Origin: Azolla caroliniana
Lineage: Eukaryota > Plantae > Polypodiophyta
Length of the DNA: 9,357 nt
NCBI GenBank assembly: GCA_043228905.1
Contig: JBHGNT010001367.1
Location: forward strand, 1-9,357
Direction: 5' to 3'
In this document: one piece after another, positions 1-7,329 of the stretch
Position numbering within the stretch: the first letter of the stretch is position 1
Layout: the number at the start of each line of letters is the position of its first letter
Position numbers and translations under genes: made by a program
The notes under the pieces: model-generated
Databases searched by the model: none
The model's input: the letters and a program-made list of their open reading frames with translations, nothing else
Told to the model about the DNA's origin: nothing

Positions 1-960
1 AAAAGTGCATTGGTTTTCCACGATATATATGCAGATGCTGGGATGCAAGGGAGAAGTTGATAAAATCAATGCTTTGAGGATGAATATTGGTGGTCATTGG
101 AAAACCTAAAATCAAGGAGTTTACATTGCAACTGAAAAGTGCACGTGTTTTTCACGGGGGAAAAGAGTATAATATATGCTGAGGTGGTTGTCAGGTGTGC
201 TTTTATTACTGGTGAAGGTTATGCCTTTCTGTGTTACTATTCTTTAGCCATGTCTTTGATGTCATATATTCAGGAAAAAATGGATGATTCAGGTAAAAAA
301 CATCCACATTTGCCAAGATGGAAAGTGTAATTGTGAAAAAGAATAGCGATATCAAATCTTTTTCTCTCTATTTCAAATCAAAAGCAAAGAATAAAATTTA
401 TTCATATCCCTCCATCATCACATCAATCTCAAAATGGATTTAGGAGTTATGGAGAGCCCAGATAAGTATCCAGGTCAGCTCTTATAATGGCAATCAGTAT
501 TGCCAATCACTTTTTCTGTATTGTTCAAGGGCACAAAGGAGAGGAAGGGAGTTCGGGTAATGTAGACATGAGGAGCGATTTCCTATAATGCATTAGGTTG
601 CTTTACCTAACAAGTACCTCATAGCTACATTGTTGGCATTACGCTCTTCAAGGGTAGTTGATTCTTATTCGCACCAACAAGAATTTGAGCTAAAATTAAA
701 GAAAGAAAGAATTACATACACATTTTGAATATTTATAAGTGTTTAAAGTTTATGCTCAAAGGGAATATATTGACCTCTTACTTGCATCTCTTGAGTTGTC
801 GTAATACATACACATTTTGAATATTTATAAGTGTTTAAAGTTTATGCTCAAAGGGAATATATTGACCTCTTACTTGCATCTCTCGAGTTGTTGTAATATG
901 GCTTAGTATATTGATCGTTGTCGTAAAACATTGACAAAGCTTGGAATCAAAGCTATATAA
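1..960 (+). mobile_element. Probable highly decayed LINE (L1-clade) ORF2 reverse-transcriptase remnant
   Basis: Short peptides resemble plant L1 ORF2 motifs in the right order, across different frames: KCIGFP (3-20; cf. MGFP), VFFTGEKSI and LAMSLMSYIQ (ORF 139-330; cf. GFF.G.RG and LAMEVLS.LI), LGV....DKYPGQLL (to 484; cf. KYLGLPL), GAISYNALGCF (572-604; cf. AIP.Y.MSCF) and LGIKAI (940-957; cf. GLGIK.L). The core QGDPLSP and FADD motifs are not recognisable. Confidence 0.4.
713..896. repeat. Tandem duplication, 2 x 92 bp
   Basis: 713-804 and 805-896 (TACATACACATTTTGAAT...GAGTTGTYGTAA) are identical except T792/C884 and C800/T892. Confidence 0.97.
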
Positions 961-1269
961 GTATAAGCATGCACAAATAGACAAGTGACTCAAGAGGCAA
1001 GCAGAGATGTTGGGGGATGCCAATAGAACAATATGGAGCAAGTAATTTTCCATATGGCCTTGTCAAGAAAGACATAAAACATTAACTAAATATAGTCTTA
1101 AAATGGTTTCATGAAACATTTATTTTTACTCTTCATATCAACTTCAAACATAAAAAAATCGCAGGAGATGATCCTTTGAATACCATCCCTAAAAGCGAAG
1201 AGGAAACAAACCCTTGAGAGCATTACAAGTCTATCATAGAATGATCCACCAGAATGGAGGATGATGTTT

Positions 1270-1289
1270 AAAGAAAGAAAGAAAGAAAA
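1270..1289. repeat. (AAAG)4 A-rich tract
   Basis: aaagaaagaaagaaagaaaa read directly from the sequence. Confidence 0.8.
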
Positions 1290-1487
1290 CTTTTTTTCTG
1301 TTTAAAGTTTATTCCAAAAGAAGTAATCAAAGGACATGAGAACTAGTTTGTTTTAGGGACTGCCCATTTAACACCGCAAGAAACGGACCAGCCATGTTTG
1401 TTTCACTTAAAATACGTTGTCTTGTCACATTGGGGACTCGTCACTGGACTCTTGAAGGGAATGTGAAGAGTTCATAGGCGTCTCTAT

Positions 1488-1511
1488 AATAATAATAATA
1501 ATAATAATAAT
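1488..1511. repeat. (AAT)8 microsatellite
   Basis: Read directly from the sequence. Confidence 0.95.
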
Positions 1512-2153
1512 AGTCATAGATAAAATATATAGAGTGACTAGTGCATGCATGAGTAGTGTCTAAACCTTATGGTTTTTGGTATTAATTATAGATCACAGTT
1601 TGCAATAGGTGCAATCAGATTGTTTAATGAACATTTCAGACCAGGGAAGATCAAAAGCATGGATTCAATACCTTCATTAAAAGCGGAGCACCAATCTCGA
1701 ATAAGCAACACCCAAAAATAAAAGTAAAATACAAATGCAGTATATAGTATATACTAGTGTTTCCAGCTGATTGCATGATATGCATTCCTCTTATTCATAC
1801 TCAAAGCTGGAAGAAGAGTAAGCAGCATTTATGTTGTACTTAGAAAGAATTTAAGAATGCATACCATAATTGGGCATAGTTAAATGTTCCTAGTGGACGT
1901 CATCAGTAATTAACCAATGTCCCTTAAGAAGGCTAAATTACCTACTTTTACTACTTAGTCTAGCCTTTCTCCAAATTCATCAAGAGAATGCATACATTTA
2001 TGTGTATGTTCTACTATTATAGCTGGTACTTATATCATATGATTTTACCAGGAAAAAAAACAAAGGGATGCAATGTAGACATTTATAGGCAAGGGGAATA
2101 AGATCAGAGTGTTGATCCGGCATTTATATATCCTGTGGGTTGTGGTGATCCTC

Positions 2154-3701
2154 TTAACTGCGGACGGAAGAGAAGGGTTGCAAGGACGGGGTGACGGAGC
2201 CGTCACTCCCGACGAGGAAGCGGTACTTGTCCCGGCGCGTGAACGAGGAGCACCGGAAGCCAAGAGAGGATGCGATGAGCCGCTGCACGTGGTTGGCCAC
2301 ATCGACCCGGGACACGCCCCCAGAACCGCACGTAGCGTGGCGGGGGAGCGGCTCCAGGAAATGGATCTCGTACGTCGGGGAGGGGTTCATGAGGAAGAAG
2401 AAGGAATCGAGGGCCTTGAATCCGCGGACTGTGGTGCCGTGGAAGAGGGAGACCTTGGTGTTGATGGCGACCGGGAGGATTCGGTCGGTCACCTCGGCGA
2501 AGAGCGCGCTGAACCGGAGGAGGAGGGGCTCGCGGCCCGTAGTCCCCTCGGGGCAAACCACCACCGTCCTCCCCTCCTCCTCCACTAAATGTCTCAGCTT
2601 CTTCAGATCCGCCGCGGCGTTCCGGTCCAACCGAACCGTCGTGATGGGCGCCACCATCTCCGACACTCGGCTCAGGCTGTACGTCACGGCCGTGACGGGA
2701 CGCCCCAGTGCCACCGATATCATGATGGGATCCGCCAGCGTCCGGTGGTTGCACACAATAAGCCGCCCGCCGCCCTGCTCCTCCTCCTCCTCTGGCATCT
2801 TCCCTTTCACGATGATGTTGATCCCCGACAGCCTCACCGCCGGTAGCCACCAACGGAATGGCACGAAGTGGCCACATATGAGGAGGCGGAAGAGCGCCAG
2901 CAGTATCCCCACGGGCATCCAGAGGAAGATGAGCAGCGCGAGCAGCGGCGTAGGCCGTTGCGCAAGCCGGCCGTCGTGGAACACCACTGGGTTCGCCAGG
3001 TCCGCCAACCCTTCTTCCTCTGGGACATGGGCCAGCTTCGGGTCAGGAGAAACATGCGCCAGCTTGTGGCCAGGAGGAGGAGTTGGGGGGGAGCTGACGA
3101 AACCAATGCAGCGGCCAGTGCGGGGAGCCACCATGAGCTCGCTTCCCACGACCTGCTCCGCGCCCAGCTGGTAGCGAGCGAATGGCTCCACGAAGGCACG
3201 CGGCCATTCCGTGACCACGCAGAGCCGCCGACGCCGACTCCGACGCGGCCCGAGCGCCGCCCATCCGTGGGATTGCGAGGTGCAGAGCTTCTTCCAAGCG
3301 GTGGCGGAGACGTCCTCGGACAGGAAGCGGGGGAGGACGGCCCTGGCCACGGCCTCCACGTCCTTGAGGCGGAGGCCGGAGACGGCGACGAAGAGGAGGA
3401 GGTTGAAGGCGGAAGCGCGGTGGCCAGATTGAGCGAGGAGCCAGGAAATGGGGAGGAGGAGGAGGAGGAGCAATGCACGTGGCATGCTGCCGGCCTCCAT
3501 GGCCACAAGGAAGAGGTAAGGGAAAGGGTCGGAGCGGCGAAACAAGGCGCCCTCCAGTAGGACGCGGTCATAGTCATGGTCATGGTCATGGTGCTCATAG
3601 TCCTGGCCATGATGGTCCTGGTCATGATGGTCATGGCGTGGGTGCGGCAGCTGTGAGAAGAAGTAGGGGACGTCGACCGGATCGGCGTAATTTGGAGGCA
3701 T
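2154..3701 (-). CDS. GPAT: sn-2 glycerol-3-phosphate acyltransferase (land-plant GPAT1-8 family, cutin/suberin type), single-exon ORF, probably phosphatase-dead
   Basis: 515 aa ORF with family motifs in the expected order: FPYLFLVAMEAGS, VARAVLPRFLSEDV, PRAFVEPF...LGAEQVVGSEL, PVVFHDGRLAQRPTP, a hydrophobic TM segment, catalytic HxxxxD in CNHRTLADP (2727-2753), AVTYSLSRVSE, CPEGTTGREP.LLRFSALFAE, FHGTT.RG.K.LD.FFFLMNP.P.Y, VANHVQR and LGF.C..FTRRDKY..L.G.DG.V. It is GC-rich against AT-rich flanks. The exact subclade (GPAT5/7-like, GPAT4/6/8-derived or GPAT1-3) is not assigned. Confidence 0.96.
   Translation of the reverse strand: MPPNYADPVDVPYFFSQLPHPRHDHHDQDHHGQDYEHHDHDHDYDRVLLEGALFRRSDPFPYLFLVAMEAGSMPRALLLLLLLPISWLLAQSGHRASAFNLLLFVAVSGLRLKDVEAVARAVLPRFLSEDVSATAWKKLCTSQSHGWAALGPRRSRRRRLCVVTEWPRAFVEPFARYQLGAEQVVGSELMVAPRTGRCIGFVSSPPTPPPGHKLAHVSPDPKLAHVPEEEGLADLANPVVFHDGRLAQRPTPLLALLIFLWMPVGILLALFRLLICGHFVPFRWWLPAVRLSGINIIVKGKMPEEEEEQGGGRLIVCNHRTLADPIMISVALGRPVTAVTYSLSRVSEMVAPITTVRLDRNAAADLKKLRHLVEEEGRTVVVCPEGTTGREPLLLRFSALFAEVTDRILPVAINTKVSLFHGTTVRGFKALDSFFFLMNPSPTYEIHFLEPLPRHATCGSGGVSRVDVANHVQRLIASSLGFRCSSFTRRDKYRFLVGSDGSVTPSLQPFSSVRS
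3025..3078 (-). repeat. In-frame 27 bp tandem duplication inside the GPAT CDS (KLAHV x2)
   Basis: ACATGGGCCAGCTTCGGGTCAGGAG (from 3025) aligns with ACATGCGCCAGCTTGTGGCCAGGAG (from 3052) at 21/25 identity, period 27. Confidence 0.85.
3566..3645 (-). repeat. Coding low-complexity repeat (GTCATG-type 6/15 bp units) encoding a His/Asp-rich tract
   Basis: Plus strand gtcata-gtcatg-gtcatg-gtcatg...gtcctggccatgatg-gtcctggtcatgatg-gtcatg translates on the minus strand as HPRHDHHDQDHHGQDYEHHDHDHDYD. Confidence 0.85.
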
Positions 3702-3840
3702 GATGATGATGGGGTGGTGGGATGGGGGAGGAGCTCAGCAGCTAGGTGAAAATAAGGAGAAGCAGAACGGCAGGAGCTGTAGTGGTGAAACGAGGGAGGA
3801 GGCGGAGGTGGAGTGGGAGAGGTGATCTTGTTTAGTGTTG

Positions 3841-3848
3841 TTTAAATA
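3841..3848 (-). promoter_or_regulatory. TATA-like box (TATTTAAA) of the GPAT gene
   Basis: Plus-strand tttaaata reads TATTTAAA on the minus strand, 140 bp upstream of the ATG. It is followed on the minus strand by a C/T-rich leader (about 3702-3825) with no upstream ATG, typical of plant 5' UTRs. Confidence 0.55.
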
Positions 3849-3922
3849 CATAAAAGACCATCATCCCAGGCAGGGCAGAGACGTTAAATTTTCTTTCCCA
3901 TAATGTCCGGCCGTCCATCCAT

Positions 3923-3942
3923 ACACACACACACAGACACAC
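3923..3942. repeat. Interrupted (AC)n microsatellite in the GPAT promoter
   Basis: (AC)6-AG-(AC)3 read directly from the sequence. Confidence 0.9.
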
Positions 3943-3970
3943 CCATATGCGCTCTTTGTCTCTCCTTGAA

Positions 3971-4022
3971 CTAACCAACCTACAATAGTGGGCCCGGAAC
4001 CCACCACGAATCCCGTCCCACC
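3971..4022. promoter_or_regulatory. Proximal cis-element cluster: overlapping MYB AC elements plus TCP-like sites
   Basis: ACCAACC (3974-3980) overlaps ACCTAC (3978-3983). GTGGGCCC (3988-3995) equals GGNCCCAC on the minus strand. Related AACCCAC and GTCCCAC follow within 30 bp. The cluster is about 130-180 bp upstream of the TATA-like box. These are short motif matches only. Confidence 0.4.
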
Positions 4023-4396
4023 AGAGAATTATATGTTTGTATTAGTTTTTTCATTGCCATAGATAGTATTAGTAATACTAGTTGTAATAGTAGTAGTAGT
4101 TACCGCCGAACAGTCCTTGTCTCCCAAGTCGGTGCATAAACACTGCCGATGTTTTACTCGTACGACACCCCCTCCCATCTTTCGGAGTGCTTCGATCGAT
4201 CGTGACACTTAACCGATCAAATTGATGGGAATGAATCTCTCTGGAGTGTGGTAGGGAGACTTGGAGGTGGCAAGTCAAATGGCTTTTTATCCCTTTTTTG
4301 TAATAAAACTTATGGGGGTGGCTCAAGAAGAATGTATTTAGTTTTGAGTTCCTTGCTTTTTGTGTGTTAAAAGTAAAGGTGGGAGTAGAGTGAAGA

Positions 4397-4412
4397 AGAG
4401 AGAGAGAGAGAG
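4397..4412. repeat. (AG)8 microsatellite
   Basis: Read directly from the sequence; about 700 bp upstream of the GPAT ATG. Confidence 0.9.
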
Positions 4413-5376
4413 GAGGCCGTAGGCACGTAATGTATTTTGCCACTGTTACCTCCTTTCATTCCATTCCACAAGAGAGATAAAAAAACAAAAAACAAAGAGA
4501 AGAGCTACCTATCCTAAGTATTGCTTATTATTGTTGGAGCACAAGGAGGAACACAAGACATGATGAATGAATGAAACCCACATATATTGGTAGGCTCCTT
4601 CCCTTGTTTTTTTCACTTCACTTTTCACAATACCTTAGTAGTAAATTTTGTTCTTGTAACCACACACTCCGAGGAAAATTTGCATCACTTTTTGGAGCAA
4701 AAGTAAGAAACCATTGAGTGCCTTATGATTGCTCAATCATAATACCATACTTCATACATATTATCTCAATTACACTTTTTAAGACTTTCCTTGATTAAAA
4801 ATCCAATGGAAACAAGACATTGTCATCTGGGAAGCACGATGTGTGCAACTTTAGTTGTGAGAGTGAGGCCCAACCGATAAATTCTAGACAACCATGAGAT
4901 CAAATGACTTTTTTGCCATCAATAATTTTTTTGATTTTTTCCAAAAAATTATACTACATTAGTATTAAGCAAAACGCCCTAAGGTCCTAAGGATATACAT
5001 ACACTAATAGATTAATCTACTCTAGATTAGCATACATGTTAGATCAATTGGCATAATTTATTATGGAATGAAACTAATTGAAATTACAATGAAGGATGTT
5101 CCTTGAGAACATTCGTGACAATTTGACCTCTCAGTCAAGCTCCATACTATAATCACTTAAGGGCTCTGATGGTGGAAGTAAGAGACAATAGCTCCAATTT
5201 TTTGTGATTAAATATGTGTGTAAACAAAGTATTGATCAATTGACACACTCTATTCAAGGTTTTTCCATTCATGCACTCTTACCATGTGATTTGACAAGGT
5301 GAAATTTGAATAATCATGACAAGCTTTGTACCAACATAAAGATTTGATCCAACTTAAAACTTGATGACATTCTCTT

Positions 5377-5394
5377 CTCTCTCTCTCTCTCTCT
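5377..5394. repeat. (CT)9 microsatellite
   Basis: Read directly from the sequence. Confidence 0.92.
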
Positions 5395-7044
5395 ACTCAA
5401 AACTGTCAACATTTCACATCTTCTACTCGATAGGTCAATTGTGTCCTTATTTATTGACACCGATAAGCTTGATATAAAAAACAAATGTTAACAAAATTGG
5501 AATTTATCAATACTACTTTTATAGTGTATATGAGATGCAATAGTTTGTGGAGTTTATGGCTAGGCTAGATGATGAAACAAACTTCCAAGTTTTGTTGAGT
5601 TTACAACTTAATTAGCATAAATAAAACTTGTACAAGTAGGATATGTTCTAATGAGCATTTGGATGTTGGGGTGTAGCTTTAACACAATTATCCAAGAGAT
5701 TGCGGTGGCATGCAATTGGACATAGAGAGAATCAAACAACTACTACTAAGTGACAAAGGTATGTAAAGAGAAACAATAAGAAAGGTTTGTTACCTTGTTC
5801 AAAAAATGTACATCATGACCACAACAACTAGAAATGAGAAAAAGAAGCCATTGCATTCTAAAGCACAATGTGAAATATTGGACTTTCTATCACGAGAAAA
5901 ACCTTACTTTAGACAAATGACCGCTAATTATTTCTTATATATTCACAAGGTTATCATGAGGAAGTTCTAAAGTTTTAAGGAAATAAACACATAAATATAG
6001 TGATTCTTGTGGTTGTGTTCAATATGATAACTCTTCAATATTTTCGTTTGAGGTCATGCACAGTGCTTGCGTAAAATTGCCATTATTGCACAACTATCAA
6101 CCACATATTTTAGGAATGTATAAGATTACGGATTGGAAATCTCAATGTCATGCAATTAAAAACCATAAAGAAAGTTTGTGACGTGTCATATTAGAACATT
6201 TAAACGAATGGAGTATGAATGTGATTGTCCATTTCATGAGAACCGTAACAAACAAGAAGGGTTTGTCATAGATAAAACCTTAGTAAATATGGATAAGAAA
6301 TAGATTAACAAAAGTTCGATTTAGTCATAGAGTATTTATTTACCATCCACAAAAGCTTGAAGTAAGATTATTAATGCGTAAGGAAGTACAATTATGTATA
6401 GACTATGTGTGATTTGTTGCAAGCCTCAAAGTAACCAAATAGACACACAATTGTCACAACCATTTGTGATGTTACATGCATATATACCCAATAAATCACT
6501 CATATACACAATCCATTGTCATATATAAAAGAGATTAATTTAGTGGACGATAACGCAAGATGTATTCTTGACTTACAATTATTGATACGTGATAACTTTG
6601 ACTGAGGTTGAATTTTACATAGTGAAGTAGTTATTTTCATAGACTTTTTGAGGCACTTGTGTTCTACAGAACACCCTTTTTAATTTGGAATATTTGAATA
6701 GGAGATGCCTTGGCATTAATGAAATGGATATTTTAGATATCTTGGCTCACTTTCGCATTCATTGCTAGATCCATCCTAACTTATATATGTACTTACCTAT
6801 ATATCCTCATAAATCACCCCCCTCCCCCCAATCAAATTTGTCTATAGTTGGTTATACTTGATTCAGTGTTACTAATTGTTTTTTCAAAGTAGCATAATTG
6901 AAGGATGGGTCTTGACCGGTATAAGGATAGGACTCAAGAGTACATGCTTGATAGAAAGGGGATGTCCCTTCCAAAAAACAATACCCAAAGCAAGCAGCAA
7001 ATCTATGATTTAATACAACTATTACTAGTATTCTAATAGTAAAA

Positions 7045-7315
7045 TGTTAGTAATATACATATATATGTGATAAGAATGTGTCCATTGCAAATATGCACAA
7101 AGTACATATTCTGTAATTTGTAACTGGTTTATGTAGGAAAAAACCAAAAATCTATGTATATGTATTAAAAATGGCTAGGTAAGCCCTCTTTATATGTAAG
7201 TGAAGGTCATCACCATGGTTGCTACACGGCATCCTATTTATCAATCATATTGATACTTTGTACGTATAATATAACAAATATCATCGTACCCTAGTGGAGG
7301 TTTGAGGTTCCAACA
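7045..7315. mobile_element. LTR-like segment (TGTT...AACA termini, 271 bp)
   Basis: Begins TGTTAG and ends CCAACA (5/6 inverted match). It has an internal TATA-like CCCTCTTTATAT near 7183-7195 and abuts the copia RNase H 3' end. There is no TSD (TAAAA vs TTGAT) and no second copy in the window. Confidence 0.35.
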
Positions 7316-7329
7316 TTGATATATACTTT

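Noticed and set aside
713-896. Direct repeats considered as a CRISPR-like array or LTR pair
   Set aside because: There are only two abutting copies with no spacer and no TG...CA ends, in a eukaryotic context.
835-1053. 72 aa minus-strand ORF
   Set aside because: It overlaps the tandem duplication and putative LINE debris, has no recognisable motif, and its length is expected by chance.
2045-3703. Many long overlapping ORFs on both strands (e.g. 2191-3174 +, 2868-3560 +, 2834-3634 -, 2203-2877 -)
   Set aside because: These are shadow ORFs of a very GC-rich CDS in which stop codons are depleted. The products are low-complexity with no recognisable motifs.
4064-4081. Hairpin TAGTATT-AGT-AATACTA ending in CTAG, considered as a Helitron 3' end
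   Set aside because: The stem is AT-rich and overlaps the CTAG, rather than being a GC-rich hairpin about 10 bp upstream, and it lies in low-complexity TAG repeats.
4078-4443. 121 aa minus-strand ORF upstream of the GPAT
   Set aside because: It has a GTG start, runs through (AG)n and (TAG)n microsatellites (LSLSL, YYYY), shows no domain similarity and lies in the promoter region.
4920-5030. Small palindromes (e.g. TAGATTAATCTA at 5008-5019; ATAATTTTT/AAAAATTAT)
   Set aside because: They are short and AT-rich, as expected by chance. No miRNA-length hairpin or element boundaries are evident.
5540-5930. Stretch containing LSKRLRWHA, reminiscent of the CACTA transposase MRWH motif
   Set aside because: It is a single short match. 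The expected downstream HPAD..W motif is absent and the frames are full of stops.
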